A stretch of 64,000 nt of DNA, taken from Anthoceros angustus (taxonomy: Eukaryota; Plantae; Anthocerotophyta). This document shows, piece by piece, positions 37,370 to 50,084 of the stretch (position 1 is the first letter of the stretch; each line of letters begins with the position of its first letter). The notes under the pieces were generated by a model. The model saw nothing but the letters and a program-made list of their open reading frames with translations, searched no databases and was not told the DNA's origin. The stretch is from NCBI GenBank assembly GCA_010909165.1, contig MU008153.1, positions 310,001 to 374,000 of the forward strand. Reading direction: 5' to 3'. The translations under genes and the position numbers were made by a program.

Positions 37370-38480
37370 GGTAAAGAAAAAAGATGTGAAATCTCATCTA
37401 CCTTGAGAAGAAAGGAGGAAAAACCCAACGAAGGGGACGAAGCCAAAGGGGAATAATCCTCACCATCGCTTATCTCGAAACTACCTATAGTGCAAAGAAT
37501 TCTGTGGTCAGGGATATGAAAAAGCCTACCTACCACAGGGGCCACGAACGACACATCCCTAGCACTTGCCGCCATACTGTACACCGCGTTCGCCAACGCC
37601 CTCTGCAAGCGATGGACATGAATTGCCTGAAGAAAGCCACAATACAAGAAAGGGGAGACCAACTCCATTCTTGCGATTGTGGGAAGCCTTGACACAGGCC
37701 TTGACGAACCTAGAAAAATCTTTGCCCATGGCCCCGTGAGTCTTGATGGCAAGGGGGACGAAGTTGTGGCCATCCTGCATGGGAGAGCACCTGTGTACCT
37801 TTGCAGTGCGCACCTCTTTGCTACCCAATCCGGAGGGTTGTGGAGGATAACATGCTCGCAGACATTGTCCTGGGTAGAATTTGTTACAACCACATCAACA
37901 ACAGAAACCTAGTCCTCCCGGCTCAAAAATAGATCAGCCCTGAGAGAAACGTCCGTAGGGTGTAAGGGCGCTCTCTGCAGAGAAAGAACCCGCTCTCCTT
38001 AGCCATTAACATGACATCCCAGACGGCGTCATGCGTAGCAATGCGCTGCCTGCCGGCGGGACAGCGAGCCACGTGGGTCCTAAAGTGATCGAGGGGGGCC
38101 CCACAATTGCATATTGAGAGAGAACATGCTAAAGGTTGGACCAAACCCAAGCGAAATCTTATCGCAGTGGAAAAAGTTGCTGGTGCGATGCGGAAAGCTT
38201 GGATATTGGGCTGGGCCAAAAGCTAGGAACCAGCTCCCTTCCCAAAGTAAGAGCGGAGGCAAGCCCGAGAGGGCTTGGGAATGGAGGAATCCCAGAGAAG
38301 GGCCAGCTGCGCCTGCCCATAATGCTTCTCCAGGAGGGCAGTGTGGCCCTAGCCTCGGAGGATAAAGATCCCCTGGCAACCTTAAGAATGCCTACAGGGT
38401 GAACGCCCCTGCCTCAATGCCTAAGACGAAGGCCTCAAAAATGCGCAAATCTCGGATTAAGAAACAGGTCATCACCTAAG
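37370..38480 (-). mobile_element. 5'-truncated non-LTR retrotransposon, CRE-like (C-terminal zinc knuckle plus restriction-like endonuclease), decayed
   Basis: AIRFRLG...CNCGAPLDHFRTHVARC...THDAV, VDVVV, FVPLAIKTHGAMG, LQRALAN; frameshifted. Confidence 0.72.
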
Positions 38481-39821
38481 AAAGCCACTTGCGCAAAGGC
38501 CTCCGTGGCCATCAAACTAGTGCCCCCAAAAGCGACAAGAAAGAACGCCTACCGCCTCGCCATCCCCGGCAGCGCACTCGAAGGTGCCCGCGCCAATGAT
38601 GTGCCCTAAACCCTCGCGTTGAAACAGGTGGTTGCCTTTGATGTCCTCTAACAGGATAATGTTAAACAGGGTGTTCCTCGCTCGCACAAGGTCTCCAACT
38701 TGAGCTGCCTTCATGCTTATGCAAGCCTCACGCACATTCTTCAACAACAATGCTCCTAGCGGGTGCTTTTCTTCATCCTTTTTAGCTGCTGGCCAGTACA
38801 TCTTCATCAACGGTATGCAATTGAACATCTCCAACTTGTCTTTCCAACACCCTTTTGTATATGAAATTGTAAGGTCAAGGAAGTCTTCTCACCCACATCT
38901 TCTGGAGTAGCAGCTAAACATGCCCTTTTTTCATCTTTTGCTACTCGAGGCTCCTCCCCTGGTCTCTACTCCTGTGGCATTCGCAGATGGATTGCTGCTA
39001 CTCTCCTTCCTTGGGACTCCAGACAACTTGCTTTAGTGCAAGCTGCTTCTGCTTGTAGGGCAAGTGCTTGCCATTCTCGCTGACACCATTTATTCATAGC
39101 TCAACAACTCCGCTAGGTTGATGGTGACCGAGCCATATGAAGCTACAAAACCATTGATGGCTGCGCATACGGTAACGATCAAGTCGCCCCGAATAAAGAC
39201 AGCAAAAAGAACAACCCTTTACGCCATGACACTCATAGCTAGATTGTGGAAGTACCAGGCTCCCAACAGTGCTAACAGCACATGTAGTGCCTACTAGAAA
39301 GGGTAGCATATGTTACAGTCATTGTTGCAATTTCATATTACACTTCCAAATTGCAACATGCATTGGAGGCTTGGGATAGAGTTGGACATGGGCTAGCCCA
39401 TGTCCGATTCTGTCAGTCGATTGGTGTCCGCTTGGCAGGCATCTTAAAGGCTCCTCAACTCCGACCTCTACCTGGCACCTCTTGCACTCTCAGTTAACCT
39501 CACCGCTGCAATGCCTACACACAAAAAAAACACCACACCATCATCTCTCAGCCATTGGCTGCAGCACTAGGAGCAGCCCTAGCGCCAGACTGGCACAAGC
39601 ATTAGCGGCAGCAACGGAAGACACTGTGCAAGTTGGTTTTTTGTGTAGCAAACCCTTTGTCTCTCACTCAGCGCTCTGTCCTCAAGAGAAAAGAAGCTCT
39701 TTAACGCGGTGCCTATCTCGTCTACCTCGAAAGCCAATCTGGCTGGATGTTGGACTCCTCACTTTCGTGGCATCACGAACCAAGTTCATGTCATGCCATG
39801 AACTATAAACACTAGCAAGAC

Positions 39822-39962
39822 TGATTGGACCATAAGCATTAAAGGAGAGAGCGAGGGATAACCTTGACACATGGCATAAGCCATGTGGCGTGATTGGACC
39901 ATAAGCATTAAAGGAGAGAGCGAGGGATAACCTTGACACATGGCATAAGCCATGTGGCGTGA
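39822..39962. repeat. Tandem duplication, 69-bp unit x2
   Basis: TGATTGGACCATAAGCATTAAAGGAGAGAGCGAGGG...CCATGTGGCG twice. Confidence 0.9.
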
Positions 39963-41213
39963 CCGATGAATGAGCCCATGCGGGAATGGAATGCATATGG
40001 ATGGTATGTATGTACGATAGTTCGTAGAGAGATTACGTGTTGTGACATGCATGATCCATGTATGTCTCTTTGTCGCATGTGAGGACTGATGGCATGAGCA
40101 CATATAGGCACGGCTCATTTATTTATAAACCCTTAAACATCAGAACTACATATGAAAGGGACTCTAGGACCGAGGGCCAAGGAAATAAGGGATAGGCATT
40201 TTTGCTAAAGACTGAGGACTTGATAGCTATATTACCTAGGCGCACACCTATATTCCAATTGTTCGTCGGGAAGAAGGTGTGCGCGCCAGTGGGAGATGGC
40301 TGGACCCAGGGGCTATATATGTAGAGCAACACTCCAAGCTAAGTGGATTGTTGATGTTTTTCTAGCAAAGAGGCAGCCATACTTTGTCCCTGCACTAATC
40401 TTTGTCTTCTTTGAAGCTATGCTGCTTGGCAGCGCAACATACTCTTCCTCGTAGCAGGCGGTGTGCCGCGATAACTTGGATCATTGACTTACACCCTGCC
40501 GACCCCGTTACCCATGTTCATAGTCTTAAAAATTGTTTTGAACTTGTGCACAGGTAGGCTAGTTCCCTGGTTGGTAAAAACATCATGACAAATGGTTGCT
40601 TAATGCGACAATGCCCGTCGCAAGTAGTCTCCAAATTCATAACTTAATTGTGGAATATTTTAATGATTAATTTAATTTTATAATTTAATTTGAAGTAAAA
40701 ATAATCTATTTCTATAACATGTAAAAAAATCAGATAGTTTGGACAAGAAATAAATTAAATAAAATTATTGACCTTATGTGATTATAAAATCATAGCATTT
40801 TAGATGTTTCTCACTAATGAGTGCACCAAACCATGCCTGCACTCTCTTCAATCAGCGGCATAAAACTCAAAGACTTCATAACAAACCCAAAACAACTCAA
40901 AAGCATCGTCCTTTAGGGGTTGAATTTGAGCCCCTAATAGGTACATCGCCAAATGAAAAGGAAAAGGAAAAAGGATAACATAATATTAAAAAAAGGTTGC
41001 GCTGGTGCTGATAAAACAAGAACAAAGCTACGAAACGTTTCTCTGGAACGAGACCGAAGGTTGTCACTCCCTTTGGCGTGGGCCGTGGGCGAAGGCCTGG
41101 AGAGCGGCATAAAGCGGCAGAGCAGAGATCCAGGCGCGGAGGAAGACAGTTGGGTGACTGAGAGGCGGGAGAGTCCGGTGGCGAAACGCGTCGCGTGCGG
41201 TGGCGCAGGGATC

Positions 41214-43768
41214 ATGGATTTCAACGAGATGGAGGCCAAGGAAGGGCTGAGGGTGTCCTGGAATGCCTGGCCCAGCTCCCGGATCGAGGCCACCCGGATG
41301 GTGGTTCCCTTCGGCGTGATGTGCACTCCGCTCATGGCCATGCCGGACATGCGCTTGTTCTCCTACGAGCCTGTTCTTTGCAAGGGCTGCAAAGCTGCTC
41401 TCAACTTATACTTCCAGGTGCACTTCGAGAACAAGAGCTGGACATGCTCCTTCTGCTTCACCAGGAACCAGTTCCCGGCCGACTACGCCGAGATCTCGAA
41501 GGGAAACCTCCCCGCGGAGCTGTGGCCCGACAGCGTGACTGTGGAGTACGCGCTGCCCCACGGCAGCTCGTTTGCGGGAAGCCTGAGCCCGTCCGGTAAG
41601 TTCTCCCCCAGAGGCATTAATGCGGCGCAGAATTATGGCTCTGCGCCCGGTCCCGGCTTCGTGTACGCCAACGGGCCCGGAGGTATCCCGCCCGGGGCTG
41701 TGGCCAATTGGGATGCCAATAGCCCGCCTGCCTTTCTGTTTGTGGTTGACACTTGTCAACCGCCTGAGGATCTGCAGGATCTGAAGAACGCGTTAACGCA
41801 GCTCCTCGGGTTCCTGCCGGAAACTGCTCTGATCGGGCTCGTGACGTTCGGGACCATGGTTCATGTGCACGAGCTAGGTTATGCCGATTGCTCCAAGTCC
41901 TTTGTTTTCCGGGGGGAGAAGGAGTATACGTCGCAACAGGTATTGTAGATGTGTTCATTTTGCTTACCTGTTTCTATGGTTTTGTGATGGAAATGGATCG
42001 GAGAGGTTTTGTTGGATCAGGTCCGTGCCTGTGCTGTAGCTAGTATGTATGTTGTTGCTCATGACTGCTTGTGCTGTGAAAATATGGTTAGGTGCAAGAA
42101 CTGTTAGGAATACTGCCTCAAGGGAGGCAAGCAGCTGGAGTTTTATCGGTCCATAGAGGTGGCATAGGGCGTTTCTTGCTTCCGGTCTCTGAATGTGAAT
42201 ATACTTTTGTGGCTGCCCTGGAGGAATTGCAGCCAAATACGTACCCTGTAGTGGCTGGGCACAGGCCACAGAGAGCAACAGGTGCAGCATTGGCAGTTTC
42301 TGCGGGCCTGATGCAAGGGTGCCTGTCTGGGATAGGGTCAAGGATCATGCTGTTTACTGCAGGTCCTGCAACCGTGGGGCCAGGTATCATCGTGGACACA
42401 GATTTAGGGAAGAGCATTCGCACTCACCAGGACCTTGTGAACGATCATTCACCGTATTACAAGAAGGCGGGCAAGTTTTATTCTCAGCTGTCGCAGCAAC
42501 TGTTGGCTAGTAATCATGTGCTGGATATCTTTGCATGCTCTCTGGATCAGGTGGGTACAGCTGAGGTGAGAGTTGCTGTGGACAGTACGGGGGGGATCAT
42601 GGTGTTGGCTGAGACGTTTGACTCTGATCAGTTCAAGAAAACACTGAAGAAGCTGTTTGAAAGGGATGAACAAGGCCACTTAAGGATGTGTTTTGGTGCC
42701 TCGCTGGAGGTTATTACCACAAAGGAGATAAAGGTGTGTGGGGCAATAGGCCCCTGCGCATCTCTGGGGAAGAAGGGCGGGTCTGTGAGTGACACTGAGC
42801 TCGGAGTTGGTGGTACATCTGCGTGGAAGATGTGTACCCTGACCAACAAAACTGCCATTGCTGTGTACTTTGAGGTGGTCAATCACCACTCTAACCCCAT
42901 ACCTTCAGGAACTCCCTTTTTTATTCAATTTATCACAAGGTATAGACATGGCAACGGGCAGATGAGAATGCGTGTTACGACCCTTGCTCGTCGGTGGGTA
43001 GATGCGGGCCAACTGCAAGACATCGCTGCAAATTTTGATCAAGAAGCTGCTGCTGCAATTATGGCGAGACTGGCTGTTTTCAAAACCGAGAATGAAGAGG
43101 TGTTTGATATTTTGAGGTGGCTTGATCGGATGCTCATCCGCGTGGCTGCGAAATTTGGCGAGTACCAAAAGGATGATCCGACATCTTTTCGGTTTTCTTC
43201 AGGCTTCAGCCTCTATCCGCAATTCATGTTTCACCTGCGAAGATCACAGTTTCTGCAAGTCTTCAACAACACACCTGATGAAACTGCCTTCTTCAGGCTT
43301 ATGTTGAACAGGGAAGGTGTCATCGGTTCCCTGATCATGATTCAGCCTACTCTCTTCTCCTATACATTTCAAGGCCCACCTATACCTGTCGTGTTGGATG
43401 TCACCTCCATTGCACCAGACTGTATTCTGCTCTTTGACTCCTACTTCTATGTGGTGGTGCATTATGGCTCGACAATTGCGCAGTGGAGGAAGCTTGGTTA
43501 CCAGAATGATCCTGCCTATATTAACTTTAAGAACTTGCTTGAAGCTCCCATCGGAGATGCTGAAGCTTTGCTGGTGGACAGGATCCCTCTTCCAAAGCTC
43601 ATCGAGTGCGACCAGCATGCCAGTCAAGCCAGGTTTTTACTGGCGAAACTGAACCCGTCCATCACCCACAACAACCATCAGTACGAGAATCAGGAAATCA
43701 TATTCACTGATGATGTCAGTCTACAAGTTTTTGTAGAGCATCTTCAAAGATTAGCTGTACAGTCGTAG
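41214..43768 (+). CDS. SEC23: COPII coat protein SEC23 (800 aa); exons 41214-41939 and 42092-43768
   Basis: [20 protein letters not shown], Zn finger CKGC...[71 protein letters not shown]; phase-0 GT-AG intron. Confidence 0.97.
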
Positions 43769-44318
43769 GTTTAGGGTATCTTTCTGCTAGTCCGATTAGT
43801 CCCCTGGCAGTGAACTTGGGTGGTGCTTACTTTTTAAGTGTTGCCAGATCCGGGGGCATTCCTCCTGACAGCAATCGTGTCACGCGGAAGACATTTGTGA
43901 CTCGTCACAGCACTCGCGTCGTCGGACTTAAGGTATTCCCTGCCGTGAGCATCTTTGTTCTCAACCGGCCGAGTTCAGGTTCGTTGTCACAAGGTTCACC
44001 ATCGGTAGAGAAGGGAATTGCCTGAGGCGGACATTGTTGGTCGGCATGGTTTATTTTCAGTGAAATAGTCGGCATTGTTTTCGAAGTGGAGAAGCTGCTT
44101 TTCTCTGCAGGAGGTGTGAATTGGAAGACGGGCAGCAGCTGGTCTGACTCATCCAGAAAACGTCTCATTAACCTTTACTTTGAGCGGGAGACCAAACGAG
44201 CAACAAAACGTGGCACAAGCCTGCGTATTTCGAGTTCCCGCGTTTCACCCTGCCCCTTGGCCAGCCCTTCGCCTGCTTTCAAAACGGACAGTGTTGCTTT
44301 TGCGAAATCCTTCACACG

Positions 44319-46105
44319 ATGTACTCCGAAGGTCATGGCGATGGCGGTAACCTGTTCAGCGGCGGGGGCTTCATGCCTTCGCAGTCTACCACATTGCAAA
44401 CCGACTCGACTTACAACTCTGCCTCCCGGGTAAGTGCCGACCTCGATTACGCTGCTGCGATGATATCTTCCCCCTTGCTGTTGTGCGCTGTTTTTGAGCT
44501 TGTGGGTTCCACAGAAAAGCGGCCCCGTGAATCAGTCTCTTATGCCACTCACGGTGAAGCAAATCAGCTCGGCATTGCAAAAGGCCACAGACGATAACTT
44601 CGTGGTGGATGGACAGGAAGTCAGCAATGTATGTGACTCTGTGTGTCTGACCGCCTTATCGGTGGCTCAATCTTGTTTCCTTCGCTTCCTTGACTGGTAA
44701 TATGTAGGTCATTTTGGTTGGGATGATCTGGGTCTTCTTTTCTTTGTCTGACTCTTGGTTGTTGTATATCAGGTCACTTTGGTAGGTCTGGTGACTAATA
44801 AGGAGGAGAAAGTGACGGATGTGTCCTTCATCTTGGACGACGGCACAGGGAGGATTGAGGTCAAGCGATGGTACCTCAATCTTATATTTGACTGTGCTGC
44901 TTTTGTGAGGATGTGATAGTAGGTAGTGCCCCTTTGTGGCCAGGCTATGACTCAGTGTTGTTTGTTTTCCACAGGGTGGATCCTCAGGATAATTATGATC
45001 AGCCGGAGTCCTCTTCCATCAGGCACAAGTTCCCTTCACTATCTGCTTTGCTGCAGGTCAAGCTTCTTAGCGTCTGAGCTGAAATTATGTTGCCTGTACT
45101 GCAGAAACCAGGCATATATCCGTGTGCATGGTCACCTCCGATCTTTTCAAGGGAAGAAGAGCGTTCATGCCTTTGCTACAAGGTGATGGGAACCATCTCT
45201 TGGATTCAAAGTTTTAGGGTTGATCAGCTGTCTCCAGTCTTCAGGTCATGGTTAGCTTGGAACTGAGGGTCTCTTGCAGGGCTATCACGGACTTCAATGA
45301 AGTCACCTTTCACTTTCTGGAGTGCATCTATGTGCACCTCTCAAATACAAAGGGTCAGGTATGTTTGACTTTGTCAATTCCACCTCACTTTCATAGTGGC
45401 CACAGCAGAGGTTTTCTTGACTTTCTATACCTTTGGGCTGTAACAACTCGTTCTGAACTGGGCGTTGCCAGGGGAATGGTGCCACGAATCCGCTGTCAAA
45501 CCCCTCTTCAGATTCCGTGGCTGGGACGAAGCCCAACTTAAACACTAACAGTTACAACAATCAGGTATTGTTCGGCTGGCAGGTGTCTTGGCTGCCCGTA
45601 ACGTGCTTTCAGTGTGTCTGATAAATTGTTATGGCTGGCAGTACACGACCCCTGCGCCATCGACAATGGGTAGGTCTGTGGACGAATGTCAGAAACGTGT
45701 TCAACAGATTTTTGACGACCCTGCTAGTTTGTAAGTTACCTGTGACTTCTGTCAGGTCTACAATTTTTGGGTGACCCTCACTCACCTCTTACTGATTGAT
45801 CGTGGGTGATTTTTCTGCTTATGCGCAGGCACATTGTTGAGGGTCTGCATGTTGACGATGTGGTGAGAAGAATGCCAGGCTACGACAGACGGAAAGTAAG
45901 GTGAGTACGCATGGACCTCCTGATCAGCTCAAGGATGTCATCGCGGTTGTTTGCTATCTAGCGTAGGAATCAACTCATTGGAGTTGCTGACGGTGGGATA
46001 AAACGGTTTCCGCTTTGCAGAGAGGCTGTCGATTTTCTGCAGAACGAGGGTTTGATATACTCTACCATTGACGAGGATCATTATAAATCTATCAAAAGTT
46101 ATTAG
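44319..46105 (+). CDS. RPA2: Replication protein A 32-kDa subunit, ~10 exons
   Basis: FSGGGFMPSQ, LMPLTVKQI, VTLVGLV, LDDGTGRIEVKRW, YIRVHGHLRSFQGKK, ITDFNEVTFHFLECIYVH, EAVDFLQNEGLIYSTIDEDHYKS. Confidence 0.96.
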
Positions 46106-46914
46106 CACAAACAGCAGTATATCTTGTACTCGAATTCTCATTGTAAACTTTGTGATAATTCTGTTGAAAGTCAAAGGTTGAATCTAACCGCCCAGGAATT
46201 AGAGTTCTTTAGCTCTATTTTTTATTTCTATTAATTTCTTTGCTCATTTTTAAATAGTCTGAATCCTAAATAGGTAGTTATAATAAAATTAAATAATAAA
46301 TAAAAACTATATCATCATATATCAGAAACCCTTGTTCTATTGGGGGAAAAACGATGGGAAACAACCAATGGAGAAAATGGTGGCACACATTCTCATAATG
46401 GATGAGAATACGTTAACCCAACCTTGGGGTACACATTCCCATAATGAATGAGAATACGTTAACCCACCCTTGGGGCAACGAGCGATGGACCACACACGTA
46501 TCAAGGGCAAAAGTTCACTTATATAAGAGAATTGGTGCATACATTTAACTGGTCACAAAGGTCAAGTAAGAAATAATTAACGATTGAAGTAGTCCAAGGT
46601 TCTTTTGTTTATTGAAATTAGCTTTTATAAAGGATGTACCATGGTCCAAGGAACCCATGGCTATATATGCTTTACACGATGCTTGGTTACAATCAACACT
46701 TGTGTTACGCCCTACTAGTCAATTTTCCATTCACAAAGTAATTGATTATAGAAGAACTCTTACAGCCTTTTGTTTATTGAAATTATTTTTATAGAGGATG
46801 TACCATTGTCCAAGGAACCCAAGGCTATATATGCTTTGATGTCGGGTAACAATTAACATTTCTATTACACCCTACTAGTCTCGCGAAGTTTTTGATTATA
46901 AAAGAACTCTTACA

Positions 46915-47664
46915 AATGACCGCAAAAGCACAACAAAAGAGTATTCACGATATCTTACTCCAACACGGCTCCAAAAAGCAAAAGTTTCACCTATGTTGTA
47001 GGAGATTGTTTATTTGACTCAATTGCGTATTTATTGAATGGAACGATAAACTCTTCTCAATGCGAATCAAGGCTATGACGCAACAAGAAAGCATAGAAGA
47101 AAATGACCTTAGTGCAAAGACGATCTTGGAAATATATTCGTGTGAGGTCTTGATCAGCTCCATGGCTCAAAAATCCAGAACATTGAATTGTATATAGATA
47201 ATATGAAACTACCGGCAATATCGAACGGTTGTGGGGTGATGCCATTGCAATCCAATGGTTAAGTGTAGCGTTGAAAATGAAGATCTATATATGGTCGGTT
47301 CAAAGCAAGAAGGTAATATACAAATACGACGATCTACTTCAAGCTCAAGGTCTTGAACATACTATATGATGAAGTAGTGCAACACTATGAACCTCTCATG
47401 CAACTTGATAGAGTGTCAAAGCAACGTTCGCCTTCGACCAAGGATAATGTGCTCAAAATCAACACCAACATTCACAATCAAGAGTTGCGCAAGATGAACA
47501 ACTCTCGACAGCAAGCAAAAAAGAAGAACAGCGTCAACTCAATGCTATCTCCACATATGGTACAAAAACTGCCCATTGCCAAATCCACAAGTAGAGGAGA
47601 CAAGAGAAAACGAGACGATCATGCGATATTGACAACGCAACCACTACAGAAGAAACGTCAAGTC
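46915..47664 (+). pseudogene. OTU-like protease ORF, copy 1 (frameshifted; interrupted by an LTR)
   Basis: GDCLFDSIAYLL, LWGDAIAIQWLS, LNILYDEVVQHYEPL. Confidence 0.7.
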
Positions 47665-48460
47665 TGTTAATATACCTATAGTGTCCGTTCATTAGGGCAC
47701 GTTTCGTAACTAGGCACGAAACGTTATTAAGTTAATGAGCGGTTACCATAAGGCACCGCTTCACCACAGAACAAAAACTCTCTCTGTACTCTTGAGCACT
47801 AACGCAATTCATACGCGATCCACGAACCATCACATGGTATCAGAGCAGGGAAATTTCCATGCCTAACCAGCGGCGGAGGGAGCGCCTCCAGAGGCGTGCC
47901 GTTAGGTAGGCAGACATGCTAGAATTGCAAAGAAGCCACCGAGAAAACTCTTATCTAAAGGAGGCGGAAGGAAACTTATGGCACTACGCCTGGATCAGGA
48001 CAACCTCCATCCTTCTGCTCATAGGAGAAGAAATTTTACTCCGAGGGTTCTGTGACCCACAGGATTACGACTGGGCATATGTACACTTCTCCTTCCTCTA
48101 CACACAAGAATAGGCACAAAATAATTCACAATGATTAGACAGTTCACAACCACACTCGATGTGCACACCCCAATTGACCCAACACAAATTAAGGAATTCA
48201 TAATCTGCAGCCTACACAAACTCTACAGCAAAACTGTCTTCTCATAGTGCCAGGTTCACCAAACAACCTATACATCCTGCCCCCAACACTTGAAATCGAA
48301 GAATTCCAAAACAACATAATCCAAAAACTGCAGAACTTAGAGGCAAACTTAGTCCCTACCCCCACCACTTGCAGACTCTATAAAATCCTAATCACCCTCC
48401 AAGTACAAACTGATGTTGGCGGTGTTGGAAACCCTCCAGTTGTCACAACACAACCCGCCG
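47665..48460 (+). mobile_element. Truncated LTR retrotransposon: 170-bp 5' LTR (47665-47834), PBS and start of internal region
   Basis: TGTTA...TCACA followed directly by TGGTATCAGAGC (initiator tRNA-Met PBS); absent at the equivalent position (AAGTC|ATC) in copy 2. Confidence 0.85.
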
Positions 48461-49032
48461 CCTTCCCATAATGGATGAGAATACGTTAACCCAACCTTGG
48501 GGCACACATTCCCATAATGGATGAGAATACGTTAACCCACCCTTGGGGCACACATTCCCATAATGGATGAGAATACGTTAACCCACCCTTGGGGCAACGA
48601 GCGAGGGACCACACAAGTATCAAGGGCAAAAGTTCACTTGTATAAGAAAATTGCTGCATACATTTAACTGGTCACAAAGGTCAAGTAAGAAATAATTAAC
48701 GATTGAAGTAGTCCAAGGTCCTTTTGTTTGTTGAAATTAGTTTTTATAAAGGATGTACCATGGTCCTAGGAACCCATGGCTATATATGCTTTACACGATG
48801 CTTGGTTACAATCAACACTTGTGTTACGCCCTACTAGTCAATTTTTCATTAACAAAGTAATTGATTATAGAAGAACTCTTACAACCTTTTGTTTATTGAA
48901 ATTATTTTTATAGAGGATGTACCATGTCTAAGGAACCCAAGGCTATATATGCTTTGATGTCGGGTAACAATTAACATTTCTATTACACCCTACTAGTCTC
49001 GCGAAGTTTTTGATTATAAAAGAACTCTTACA

Positions 49033-50084
49033 AATGACCGCAAAAGCACAACAAAAGAGTATTCACGATATCTTACTCCAACACGGGCTCCAAAAAGCAA
49101 AAGTTTCACCTATGTTGTAGGAGATTGTTTATTTGACTCAATTCGTATTTATTGAATGGAACGATAAACTCTTCTCAATCGCGAATCAAGGCTATGTGAT
49201 TCAAGAAAGCATAGAAGAAAATGACCTTAGTGCAAAGACGATCTTGGAAATATATTCGTGAGGTCTTGATCGAGCTCCATGGCTCAAAAATCCGAACATT
49301 GAATTGTATATAGATAATATGAAACTACCGCAATATCGAATCAGGTTGTGGGGTGATGCCATTGCAATCCAATGGTTAAGTGTAGCGTTGAAAATGAAGA
49401 TCTATATATGGTCGGGTTCAAAGCAAGAAGGTAATATACAAATACGACGCATCTACTTCAAGCTCGAAGGTCTTGAACATACTATATGATGAAGTAGTGC
49501 AACACTATGAACCTCTCATGCAACTTGATAGAGTGTCAAAGCAAAGCAAGAAGGTAATATACAAATACGACGCATCTACTTCAAGCTCGAAGGTCTTGAA
49601 CATACTATATGATGAAGTAGTACAACATTATGAACCTCTCATGCAACTTGATAGAGTGTCAAAGCAACGTTCGCCTTCGACCAAGGATAATGTGCTCAAA
49701 ATCAACACCAACATGCACAATCAAGAGTTGTGCAAGATGAACAACTCTCGACAGGAAACAAAAAAGAAAAGCTCGAAGGTCTTGAACGTAGTATATGATG
49801 AAATAGTGCAACACTATGAACCTCTCATGCAACTTGATAGAGTGTCAAAGCAATGTTCGCCTTCGACCAAGGATAGTGTGCTCAAAATCAACACCAACAT
49901 TCACATGAACAACTCTCGACAGCAAACAAAAAAGAAGAACAGCATCAACTCAATGGTATCTCGACATATGGTACAAAAACTGCCCATTGCCAAATCCATA
50001 AGTAGAGGAGACAAGAGAAAACGAGACGATCATGCGATATTGACAACGCAACCACTAGAGAAGAAACGTCAAGTCATCATATAA
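49033..50084 (+). pseudogene. OTU-like protease ORF, copy 2, with His-box segment triplicated
   Basis: Same motifs; LN(I/V)(L/V)YDE(V/I)VQHYEPLMQLDRVSKQ three times in ORF 49473-50084. Confidence 0.7.

Noticed and set aside
44319-46105. RPA2 as Helitron-captured cargo of the adjacent element
   Set aside because: It is an intact multi-exon gene with a normal RPA32 layout next to SEC23, and no Helitron termini or RepHel were seen.
18186-46105. FANCL and RPA2 as a DNA-repair gene cluster
   Set aside because: They are about 24 kb apart with unrelated genes between them; chance proximity is sufficient.
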